Positions 30,349 through 40,723 of a stretch of 64,000 nt of DNA are shown piece after piece. The stretch comes from an uncultured Pelagibacteraceae bacterium (GTDB lineage: Bacteria; Pseudomonadota; Alphaproteobacteria; Pelagibacterales; Pelagibacteraceae), in the NCBI GenBank assembly GCA_902522365.1, contig CABYVH010000001.1, positions 727 to 64,726 on the forward strand, in the 5' to 3' direction. The notes below the pieces were generated by a model, which did no database searches, was not told the origin of the DNA, and saw only the letters and a list, made by a program, of their open reading frames with translations. Within the stretch, counting starts at the first letter, position 1, and every line of letters begins with the position of its first letter. A program made the translations under genes and the position numbers.

Positions 30349-31218
30349 CTATTTCAAAGTGTCAATATCTGAAATATTTGTTAAAGAATTATTAAATTCT
30401 GTCATATTTTCTCTTCCTGATATTTTTAATATTATTAATCCAAAAATAATGATTACAGCTAGTGGTATTGCTGTAATTACACTTATATACTTAGCAATAA
30501 TTATTAAATATATCGCATAAAATGCTATCGATCTAAAGATTACCCCAGTTTTAAATACAGCAATAATTGCTAAAGAATGCTTTATCAAATTTAAAAAGCT
30601 CATCTTTGAAGGGCCAAAGTATCTTGGGCCTCTTATTGATGGAGATTTAATTAAATTATTTTCAGTTTTTACCAAAGAACCAGAAAAACTACTCCAAGTT
30701 GCTTTCTCTTCAGTTAATTTTTTCACAGTTTGTTTTGTAAGACAAGTGAAATTTCCGAATTTAATAAATTTTCCTGTAAATGTATAAGTAATAATTTTAT
30801 GAAATAAATAACAGATTTTAAAAATTAAACCTTCTGATCTTTTAACTCTTTCTCCAACAATGGTATTATTAGGATTGTCTTTAATCTTTTCTACAAAGTT
30901 ACTTATCTCTTCAGGTCTATCTTCTCCATCGCCATCCATTGGAATTACATAATCAAAATCTTCATTTTCTGAAATATGTTTAAGCCCTGCTGCAATACAA
31001 CGTGCATGTCCTTTATTATTTATCATATTAATTAATTTTAGTGATTTAATATTATTTAAATTTTTAGTTTCTAAAATTTTTTCCTCAGTTGAAGCATCGT
31101 TCACTACAATTACTGAAAATGCTGCTTTAAGCTCAGAAATATTAATATCAATTTCTTTAATTAATTTTGATGCAGATTTAAAGTCATTAAAGACTGGAAT
31201 TAAAATTACTATTTTCAT
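30349..31218 (-). CDS. GT2 polyprenyl-phosphate glycosyltransferase (GtrB/ArnC/RgtE-like)
   Basis: Motifs ILIPVFND, VNDAST, NKGH, MDGDGEDRPE, R..GPSKM; two C-terminal TM segments. Confidence 0.85.
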   Translation of the reverse strand: MKIVILIPVFNDFKSASKLIKEIDINISELKAAFSVIVVNDASTEEKILETKNLNNIKSLKLINMINNKGHARCIAAGLKHISENEDFDYVIPMDGDGEDRPEEISNFVEKIKDNPNNTIVGERVKRSEGLIFKICYLFHKIITYTFTGKFIKFGNFTCLTKQTVKKLTEEKATWSSFSGSLVKTENNLIKSPSIRGPRYFGPSKMSFLNLIKHSLAIIAVFKTGVIFRSIAFYAIYLIIIAKYISVITAIPLAVIIIFGLIILKISGRENMTEFNNSLTNISDIDTLK

Positions 31219-31343
31219 TAACTTACTGAGCCTATCAGTCTAAATAGAGAAGCAAAAAAACCATATCCTGAGAGTTCAATTAAAACAACAATTCCAATAA
31301 TGAATAAAAGTCTCTTGTTTTTTTGGTTAAATTGAAATTTCAT
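31218..31343 (-). CDS. Unannotated 41-aa single-TM small protein
   Basis: MKFQFNQKNKRLLFIIGIVVLIELSGYGFFASLFRLIGSVS*. Its ATG overlaps the upstream TGA (ATGA) and its TAA overlaps the downstream ATG (TAATG). Confidence 0.7.
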   Translation of the reverse strand: MKFQFNQKNKRLLFIIGIVVLIELSGYGFFASLFRLIGSVS

Positions 31344-32635
31344 TTATATGTTAAGCATTTCATATCTTTATTGCACAATTGGACTTCATTTGAACTATAA
31401 ATCCATTTTGGTCTTTCTGGAAGATGGTAAGATATATTTCCTGCAATCCACTCATTACCTTTAATATATTCCATTTTTCCAAATTCCTCACCTTCAGTTT
31501 CAAAAAAAACTTGAGCCTGCTTAGCTAAATTTTTACCCTCAAAATCAGTTCTTTTATCGGTTTTAGTAATTGAAACATAAGAATACAAAATTGGAGATAA
31601 TAAGAATAATATCAAAAAGATTGAAGAAAAAGTTCTTATTTTTTCAAAATTAATTTCTGATTTTAAAATATAAACAAATAATAAGCCAAAGCTTATATAA
31701 AATGGCGTCATCCACATAGTTCTAATTTTTACACCCATAGTAAATGATGTAAGAAAAATAAAAAAAATTGGAATTAAATTAATTGATAATAAAAACAAAA
31801 GCTTTTCATCGTTTAAATTAATATTTATTTTAAATTTTTTAACTAAAACAAAAATCATTAGTAAAAACGGCAATAATATACCAATTTGCTTACCTAAAAA
31901 TATCAAAGGATGCTTTATATGATTAAAAATACTTGCTTCTTCCGAACCTGTTCTGAGAAGTCCATAAGTAATAGTTATATAATCATTTTCGGTTAACCAA
32001 ATAATATGTGGTAATAAAATTATAATAAATGGGACGAAAGAAACTAGACATTTAAAATTTAATCTTTTTGTATAAATCATGTAAATTAAAAGTACGTCTA
32101 TTGCTAAACCTAAATAAATAAATAAATATTTAGATAGAAACCCAAATCCAGCAAATAGACCGAGTAATAGCCAATCTAATGTTTTATTATTCTTAATACC
32201 TTTCCATAAATAAAAAACCGAAAGAGACCAAAAAGGAATTAAGCAAATGTTTACGTTAAATTCAGGTGTTGTGAAGTTATAGAAGTATATTCCTTCCAAT
32301 ATTAAAACAGATAACAAACAGTAAATTTTGTTATCAAAAAAGTCTTCAGCCAACTTAAAAACTACAAAAAATGAAACTACGATGCAAATTTGACTTAACA
32401 AATAATAAGCCCAATCTTGAGGTCCAAAAATTTGGTAAAATATTTCAGGTAAAAATGCACTCATGGGAGGGTGCTTATTAAATCCCCAGTCTAGATTACT
32501 ACCCCATGCTAGGGCCTCAATAGTATCAAGTGGTAAATTATGATTTGTAAAACTTGGAACCAATGTCCATATTAATAAGTGTGATGTAACAAAAATATAA
32601 AATAAATTATTAATATTTTTTTTATAAATGGCCAT
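31340..32635 (-). CDS. GT-C fold glycosyltransferase (ArnT/PMT_2/RgtA-like)
   Basis: Loop DTIEALAWGSNLDWGFNKHPPM; LSKY motif; about 11 TM segments. First ATG at 32635. Confidence 0.85.
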   Translation of the reverse strand: MAIYKKNINNLFYIFVTSHLLIWTLVPSFTNHNLPLDTIEALAWGSNLDWGFNKHPPMSAFLPEIFYQIFGPQDWAYYLLSQICIVVSFFVVFKLAEDFFDNKIYCLLSVLILEGIYFYNFTTPEFNVNICLIPFWSLSVFYLWKGIKNNKTLDWLLLGLFAGFGFLSKYLFIYLGLAIDVLLIYMIYTKRLNFKCLVSFVPFIIILLPHIIWLTENDYITITYGLLRTGSEEASIFNHIKHPLIFLGKQIGILLPFLLMIFVLVKKFKININLNDEKLLFLLSINLIPIFFIFLTSFTMGVKIRTMWMTPFYISFGLLFVYILKSEINFEKIRTFSSIFLILFLLSPILYSYVSITKTDKRTDFEGKNLAKQAQVFFETEGEEFGKMEYIKGNEWIAGNISYHLPERPKWIYSSNEVQLCNKDMKCLTYK

Positions 32636-32664
32636 TTTTATTAATTTATACAATTAATGCATTC

Positions 32665-32694
32665 TTGACACTGATTAAATGATGAATATATTCT
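32665..32694 (+). promoter_or_regulatory. Sigma70-type promoter for dksA
   Basis: TTGACA-N18-TATTCT. Confidence 0.55.
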
Positions 32695-32714
32695 CGAAAT
32701 TCATAAATTTGAGT

Positions 32715-33131
32715 ATGGTAAAAATCTCTAAAAAATATATCCCAAAAGAAACAGAAAAGTATATGTGCGCTAAGCATCTTGCTTTTTTTAGACAAAAACT
32801 GACAGATTGGAAAAAAGATTTAAAAAGAACAAACAATGAAGCAATATTTAATGCTTCAATGGATGATAATAGCGCCTCTGCAGATATTGTTGACCAAGCA
32901 AGCTCTTATACAGAAAAAAATGTTGAGATGAGAGCAATCAATAGACAGATAAAATTAATTTCTAAAATTGATGGAGCTTTAAAAAAAATTCAAGATGGAA
33001 CTTATGGTTTTTGTGAGGAAACAGCAGAACCAATTGGTCTTAAAAGATTAATGGCAAGACCAGTTGCAACTCTGTGCATAGCTGCACAAGAGAAACACGA
33101 AAAAGAGGAAAAAGTTTACGCTGATATTTAA
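32715..33131 (+). CDS. dksA: RNA polymerase-binding factor DksA
   Basis: Coiled-coil tip DIVDQA; GTYGFCEETAEPIGLKRLMARP..TLC. Start placed downstream of the promoter. Confidence 0.93.
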   Translation: MVKISKKYIPKETEKYMCAKHLAFFRQKLTDWKKDLKRTNNEAIFNASMDDNSASADIVDQASSYTEKNVEMRAINRQIKLISKIDGALKKIQDGTYGFCEETAEPIGLKRLMARPVATLCIAAQEKHEKEEKVYADI

Positions 33132-33753
33132 GGGTAATCTATCTCATTGTCTTTGTTTAGAACTTTAAATCCTTTTATAACAGCAGGACGTTTAGCAATA
33201 TCTAAATACCATCTTGATAAACCTTTAAAATTTTCTAATCCAATGTCATGTCTTTTATGCCTTGCAATCCATGACCATGTAGCAATATCTGCAATTGTAT
33301 ACTCTTTACCTGCTAAATAATCGCTTACAGAAAGTCTTGCTTCTAAATCTTCATAAAGTTTTCTCGTAATCTTAAAATATCTTTCTTCTCCCCATTCACT
33401 TTTTCCTTGATGATAATAATGAAACTGATGATGTTGTCCTATCATCGGACCAATCAAACCCATTTGGGCCATCAACCATTGATTTATTTCTAACCTATTC
33501 TCTTCAGGATAAAGCATTTTACTTTTTTCACCTAAATACATCAGTATCGCTCCAGACTCAAAGATTGATTTATTATTTTCGTGATCAGTTATTACTGGAA
33601 TTTTGTTAAATGGACTGATTTTTTTAAATTCTGGTTTATGTTGTTCACCTTCAGACAAATTTATCTTTGTAACTTTATAATCAAATTTTATTTCTTCAAG
33701 CATGATACTAATTTTCCAACCATTTGGAGTATCAGCAGTGAATAACTCAATCA

Positions 33754-33754
<1 letters not shown>
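33128..33754 (-). CDS. Glutathione S-transferase (YfcG/Nu-like)
   Basis: Motifs TPNG, KIPVI, FESGAIL.YL, YTIADIA. Confidence 0.9.
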
Positions 33755-35143
<1,389 letters not shown>

Positions 35144-35164
35144 ATATTTCGTAACTAATTGTTA

Positions 35165-35929
35165 CTACGCTCTTCTTGTAGAGTTAGATACTGCACAAGA
35201 CCAGATAATTAAACCAAATGCGATTTTATTAACAAAGTCTGCTAAGTTATAGATAACGTTTAACGCGTTACCATCTATTCCACCTGTTAGGTAACCAAAA
35301 ATGTAACCTAATGGGTAAATAGCCCAACCTACAGTAACAATCATTCTTAAAGCTCCAAATGCAGTTACTAAAGATTTATTTCCAGATTTAGCAGCAACTT
35401 TTCCTGCTTCTCCTGAAAAGATTTCATAAAGAATGTAAATCCATCCAGCCATACCGATTATGAAACCTAGTGTAGCGTTAATGAATCCAGCTTCTCCAAG
35501 ATATCCACCTATTAACATAACTAGTGAACCAATTAAGATTCTCCAGAATATATTTGTGTCAACTTTTCGTACTGCTGAAAGAATTAAGTAAAATTCTACT
35601 AGCTGTAGTGGTACAGTTATTAACCAGTCAATATATCTGTAAACAGTTGGAGTATCACCTGTTTCGATCCAAACTGCTCTCATATACATATAGTGAATAA
35701 ATGCTATACCTGTTACTAATCCAGCTACGTTTACTGATTTTCTCCATTGTGAACTGACGTTAGCCTGTTCCATAAAGAAAAACGCTGTAGCTGCTAACAT
35801 ACCCATTGATATTAACCAAAACGAAATACCTACGAAATCGTCTGTAGCTAAAAAGGCTGTTGCTGCGTTAGCTGCTGTAGTTGCTCCGAAAAGCACTGCC
35901 GCTAATGCTAACATTTTCATTGTCTTCAT
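35165..35929 (-). CDS. Proteorhodopsin, DTE proton pump, blue-tuned (Q105)
   Basis: YRYIDWLITVPLQLVEF (D97, T101, Q105, E108); H75 in IAFIHY; retinal Lys in DFVNK. An AGGGAG RBS precedes ATG 35929. Confidence 0.98.
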   Translation of the reverse strand: MKTMKMLALAAVLFGATTAANAATAFLATDDFVGISFWLISMGMLAATAFFFMEQANVSSQWRKSVNVAGLVTGIAFIHYMYMRAVWIETGDTPTVYRYIDWLITVPLQLVEFYLILSAVRKVDTNIFWRILIGSLVMLIGGYLGEAGFINATLGFIIGMAGWIYILYEIFSGEAGKVAAKSGNKSLVTAFGALRMIVTVGWAIYPLGYIFGYLTGGIDGNALNVIYNLADFVNKIAFGLIIWSCAVSNSTRRA

Positions 35930-36143
35930 AAAAAACTCCCTCATAGTTAGTTTTTTTATTAGTTTAAATTTAAACTACAGACTAATCTAATGATTAGCCT
36001 AAAGTTAGGGTTAGATAGCAAAAAAATTTACTTTATTGAAGAGTTTTTGACCTCTAAAAAGTATTGATTTTACTTACTTTGTAAAATTAAATACAACCTG
36101 TTACATAAAATCTTTAAAAAAGTGAGTCAAAAAACAAATCACT

Positions 36144-38042
36144 ATGAAAAATAGTTTTAACAAAATTTATGAAGAATCTATTCAAAATCCTGAGGAATTT
36201 TGGAAAAATGTATCTGATGATGTCTTCTGGTTTAAAAAACCTACTAAGATTTTAAACAAATCTAATCCTCCATTTTATAAATGGTTTGAAGATGGTGTTA
36301 CAAACACCTGTTACAACGCTATTGATGTTCATATTGATAAAGGTAACGGTGAGAAGACTGCTTTAATTTATGATAGCCCTATAACTAATAGTAAAGCAAA
36401 GTATACATACAATGAATTAAGAGAAAAAATATCAAAATTTGCTGGAGCACTAGATAATCAGGGTGTCAAAAAAGGTGACAGAGTAATTATTTATATGCCA
36501 ATGATACCTGAAGCAGTTGTGGCGATGCTAGCATGTGGAAGAATTGGTGCAATACACTCTGTGGTCTTTGGTGGATTTGCCTCAAATGAACTAGCGAGCA
36601 GAATTGATGACAGTAAAGCAAAAATTTTGATTACAGCCTCTTGTGGGTTTGAACCAGGAAGAACTGTTGAATATAGACCTTTAGTTGATGGAGCATTGAA
36701 ACTTGCAAAACATAAAGTTGAGAGAGTAATTTTCTTTCAAAGGAAAGATAACGAAGTAAAACTCAACTCTCCACTTGAAATCAGTTGGGAGGAGGCACTT
36801 GTTAATACCAAAAATAAAGATTGTGTTGAGATTGGAGCAAATGAGTTTGCTTACATTTTATATACATCTGGAACTACGGGAATACCAAAAGGAATAGTTA
36901 GAGATGTTGGAGGTCATATCGTGGCTCTTAAATGGACGATGAAAAATATTTACAATGTAGATGAAAATGATGTGTGGTGGTCGGCAAGTGATATTGGTTG
37001 GATAGTAGGACATTCATATATTGTTTATGCTCCATTGTTTAAAGGGTGTACAACAGTTTTATTTGAGGGGAAACCAGTTGGAACTCCTGATGCAGGAGTA
37101 TTTTGGAGAATAATTTCAGAGTATAAAATTAAATCTTTATTTACAGCTCCAACAGCATTTAGAGCTATTAAAAAAGAAGACCCAGATGGAAAGTTTTTCT
37201 CAAAATATGATTTAAGTTCTTTTGAATCTTTATTTCTAGCTGGAGAAAGAGCTGATCCTGATACTATAAAATGGGCTGAAAATCTTTTAAATGTTCCCGT
37301 GATAGATCATTGGTGGCAAACCGAGACTAGTTGGGCAATGAGTTCAAATTGTACTGGAATAGAAATGCAAAAAACTAAGTATGGTTCAGCGTGTAAAGCA
37401 GTTCCAGGTTATGATGTAAAAATAATTAAACCAGATCATTCAATTGCAGAACCTAATGAGATGGGTGATATAGTTGTAAAATTACCTTTGCCTCCAGGTA
37501 CTTTTCCTACACTTTGGAATGCAGACAAAAGATACGAAGAAAATTATATGACTAATTATAAAGGTTACTATCAAACTTATGATGCAGGACACATTGATGA
37601 AGATGGATACATTTGGATTATGTCGCGAACCGATGACATTATAAATGTTGCTGGTCATAGATTATCGACAGGTGCGATTGAAGAGGTATTATCTGAACAT
37701 CAATCAGTTGCTGAGTGTGCTGTTCTTGGAATTGCAGATAAATTGAAAGGACAATTACCTATTGGTTTAGTTGTTTTAAAATCTGGTGTTGAAAAAGACA
37801 ATGAAACTATCTCAAAGGAATGTATTAAAATGGTAAGAGATAAAATTGGACCTGTTGCTGCGTTCAAAGTTGTTATTGTTATTAAAAGATTACCAAAAAC
37901 AAGATCAGGAAAAATATTGAGAGGAACTATTCGTAAAATTGCCGACAAAGAAGATTATAAAATGCCAGCAACAATCGATGATCCAGCAATTTTAGAGGAG
38001 ATTACTCAAAGTTTAATAGAAAATAAAATTCTTACCAAATAA
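36144..38042 (+). CDS. prpE: Propionate-CoA ligase / acyl-CoA synthetase
   Basis: Motifs YTSGTTGIPKG, SDIGWIVGHSY, DHWWQTE, SRTDDIINVAGHRLST, LPKTRSGKILR. Confidence 0.85.
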   Translation: MKNSFNKIYEESIQNPEEFWKNVSDDVFWFKKPTKILNKSNPPFYKWFEDGVTNTCYNAIDVHIDKGNGEKTALIYDSPITNSKAKYTYNELREKISKFAGALDNQGVKKGDRVIIYMPMIPEAVVAMLACGRIGAIHSVVFGGFASNELASRIDDSKAKILITASCGFEPGRTVEYRPLVDGALKLAKHKVERVIFFQRKDNEVKLNSPLEISWEEALVNTKNKDCVEIGANEFAYILYTSGTTGIPKGIVRDVGGHIVALKWTMKNIYNVDENDVWWSASDIGWIVGHSYIVYAPLFKGCTTVLFEGKPVGTPDAGVFWRIISEYKIKSLFTAPTAFRAIKKEDPDGKFFSKYDLSSFESLFLAGERADPDTIKWAENLLNVPVIDHWWQTETSWAMSSNCTGIEMQKTKYGSACKAVPGYDVKIIKPDHSIAEPNEMGDIVVKLPLPPGTFPTLWNADKRYEENYMTNYKGYYQTYDAGHIDEDGYIWIMSRTDDIINVAGHRLSTGAIEEVLSEHQSVAECAVLGIADKLKGQLPIGLVVLKSGVEKDNETISKECIKMVRDKIGPVAAFKVVIVIKRLPKTRSGKILRGTIRKIADKEDYKMPATIDDPAILEEITQSLIENKILTK

Positions 38043-38048
38043 ATTAAA

Positions 38049-39359
38049 TTAATTATCAAATTTGATGGGCTTACCTGATGCTTCGCCAAGGATTTCTCCA
38101 TTTTTCATTTTGATCTCTCCATTTATGATTGTATAAACTGGAGTTCCCTTAAACTTATGTCCATCGAAGGGTGACCATCCACATTTACTCTCTATTTTTT
38201 CATTTTTAATTTCGATAATTTTATTCATGTCCACAATTGTAAAGTCTGCATCATAGTTTTTCTTTATGTATCCCTTGCCTATAATACCAAAAATTTTAGC
38301 TGGATTTTCACAGACAAGATTCATAAGCTGAATTAAAGTTAGTTTTCCATCATTCACATGGTTCAACATCACAGGTAATAAGGTCTGTACCCCAGGCATT
38401 CCTGAGGGAGTATCTGGATATTCTTTATCTTTATTTACCTTTAGATGAGGAGCGTGATCCGAACCAATAGTATCATTATAATTATTCCTTACCGCATACC
38501 ATAGTCTATCGTAATGACTTTTTTCTCTAATGGGTGGATTCATCTGCGCATAGGTTCCAAGCTTGTCGTAGCAATCTGGAGCAAACATAGTTAAATGTTG
38601 TGGAGTTATTTCAAAAGTTATATCTCCTTTATTTTGAGATAAAAAATCAATCTCCTGTTTTGTGGTAATGTGTAAGATATGTGCCTTTTTACCTAGCCTT
38701 TTTGCAATTTTAACAATCTTTCTAGTAGATGAAATTGCACACTCCTCATCTCTCCATATAGGATGAGAATGAACATTGCCTTTTTCTCTTAATTTTTTTC
38801 TAAGATTTAAAATATCTTCATCTTCTGAATGAACTGCAACAATTTTAGATGTGCTTTCAAATACTTTTTCAATGTCTTCTTCTTTATGGACTAGCAAAGT
38901 TCCTGTGGAGGACCCAGCAAATAATTTTACCCCACAACATCCATCTAAACCTTTAAGATCAGCTAATTCGCTTTGATTAGTAGGAGTAGCTCCAAAATAA
39001 AATGCATGATTACAAAACATTCTATTTTTTGCTAAATCAATTTTTCTTTGAAATTCTGCTTTGTTTGTTGTCGCAGGATTAGTGTTTGGCATTTCAAACA
39101 CTGAGGTAATACCTCCAACTATTGCTGCTCTGCTTCCTGAAGCTAAATCCTCAGTATCTGTTGAGCCCGGTTCCCTAAAATGTGTTTGAGTATCAATGCA
39201 TCCAGGAAGAACAAAGAGTCCGCTTGCATCAATTGATTTACTTGCATTTTCATCTAACTTTCCAATTTTTACAATCTTGCTATTATGAATACCTATATCT
39301 ACATCTTTAAGATCTTTATCAATATAGCACTTTCCATTTTTAATTATTAGGTCTAACAT
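38049..39359 (-). CDS. pyrC: Dihydroorotase
   Basis: Motifs PGCIDTQTHFREPG, EMPNT, VHSED, MNPPIR, GSDHAPH. Confidence 0.9.
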   Translation of the reverse strand: MLDLIIKNGKCYIDKDLKDVDIGIHNSKIVKIGKLDENASKSIDASGLFVLPGCIDTQTHFREPGSTDTEDLASGSRAAIVGGITSVFEMPNTNPATTNKAEFQRKIDLAKNRMFCNHAFYFGATPTNQSELADLKGLDGCCGVKLFAGSSTGTLLVHKEEDIEKVFESTSKIVAVHSEDEDILNLRKKLREKGNVHSHPIWRDEECAISSTRKIVKIAKRLGKKAHILHITTKQEIDFLSQNKGDITFEITPQHLTMFAPDCYDKLGTYAQMNPPIREKSHYDRLWYAVRNNYNDTIGSDHAPHLKVNKDKEYPDTPSGMPGVQTLLPVMLNHVNDGKLTLIQLMNLVCENPAKIFGIIGKGYIKKNYDADFTIVDMNKIIEIKNEKIESKCGWSPFDGHKFKGTPVYTIINGEIKMKNGEILGEASGKPIKFDN

Positions 39360-39401
39360 TTATTGGAAAAATACTTATATTATTTGTTATAATATTACAA
39401 T

Positions 39402-40283
39402 ATGAATAGAAATAGTGTTTACATATTAGAAGACAGAGGCCTTCTTTATATTAATGGAGACGATGCAAAAGAATTTTTGCAAAATATAATCACAAATAAT
39501 ATTGAAAATGTATCAAAGAATAGAAGTTGTTTTTCAGCTCTTTTAACCCCGCAGGGCAAATATCTTTATGATTTTATAATTATTAAACACAAATCAGGAT
39601 ATTTTTTAGATTGTGAAAAAAAAATTATTGAAAATTTATATAAACAGTTAATTTTATATAAGCTGAGATCAAAAGTAGATATCTTAAATCTAAGCAATGA
39701 GTTTGTTGTTGCTACTTTAACAAAGGAAAAATTTCTAGAATTAGAAAATTCTAAAGATGAGGTAGGTTTTACACTAAAATTTAGAGAAGATCCTATTCTT
39801 TTAGATCCTAGATCTGATAAATTAGGAGCTAGACTAGTGATTAATTTAGAAAAATTATATCTTTCTATCAAAAAATTAGGATTAGAAGTGTCTAATTTAA
39901 ATGAATATTACAATTATAGTCATAAATTAGGAATTGCTCAAATTGATACAAATAATCTGCAAGATAAAATATTTGGGATTGAATGCAATTTTGAAGAGCT
40001 TAACGGAATTGATTTTAAGAAAGGATGTTATATAGGACAAGAGAATACTGCAAGAATAAAACTTAAAGATAAACTTAATAAAAGATTATTTGCAATTAAA
40101 ATATTAGATGGTGAGATAAATAGTGAAGAAATTACCTCTGAAAATAAAAATGTTGGAAAATTACTAATCAATAACAAAAATCCATTTGGTTTACTAAAAC
40201 TAGAAAATAAGAATTTTAATTTTGATGCAGACCTTAGATGTGGAGATGCAAAAATTAAAGTGTTAAGACCAGATTGGTTTTAG
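39402..40283 (+). CDS. ygfZ: Folate-binding Fe-S assembly/repair protein YgfZ
   Basis: Signature KKGCYIGQE; LLTPQGK. Confidence 0.93.
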   Translation: MNRNSVYILEDRGLLYINGDDAKEFLQNIITNNIENVSKNRSCFSALLTPQGKYLYDFIIIKHKSGYFLDCEKKIIENLYKQLILYKLRSKVDILNLSNEFVVATLTKEKFLELENSKDEVGFTLKFREDPILLDPRSDKLGARLVINLEKLYLSIKKLGLEVSNLNEYYNYSHKLGIAQIDTNNLQDKIFGIECNFEELNGIDFKKGCYIGQENTARIKLKDKLNKRLFAIKILDGEINSEEITSENKNVGKLLINNKNPFGLLKLENKNFNFDADLRCGDAKIKVLRPDWF

Positions 40284-40284
40284 A

Positions 40285-40656
40285 TTATATTATAAATTTT
40301 GACAAATCTGGCTTGAAATAGTTTGGTCCTTTCATGACTTTTCCTGAGTGGTTGAAAATTGGTTTTCCGTCTTTTCCTAATTTGCTCATATTAGATTTTT
40401 GAACTTCTTCAAAACATTTATCTAAATTAATACCAAAAGCGTGTCCTGCACCGTAAGTGACATACAAAATGTCTGTTAATGCATCTGCAATTTCTGTCAA
40501 ATTTTTTTCTGATATTGCCTGTTTCAGTTCCTCTAACTCTTCATTAATTAATGAAATTCTTAATGAATTAATTTTATCTGTGCTTAAACTTGATGAATCT
40601 TTAACATCCTGATTAAAAGTTTTCATGAAGATGCCAACTTTTTCAAAATTTGTCAT
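40285..40656 (-). CDS. MazG-like all-alpha NTP pyrophosphohydrolase
   Basis: Motifs LINEELEEL, EIADALTDILYV, SNMSKL, GKVMKGP. Confidence 0.88.
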   Translation of the reverse strand: MTNFEKVGIFMKTFNQDVKDSSSLSTDKINSLRISLINEELEELKQAISEKNLTEIADALTDILYVTYGAGHAFGINLDKCFEEVQKSNMSKLGKDGKPIFNHSGKVMKGPNYFKPDLSKFII

Positions 40657-40723
40657 TTTACTCCTATATGATTTTATTAATTTTTAATGTATAAGTGTCT
40701 AAATATACTCTCAAAACTAAAAT

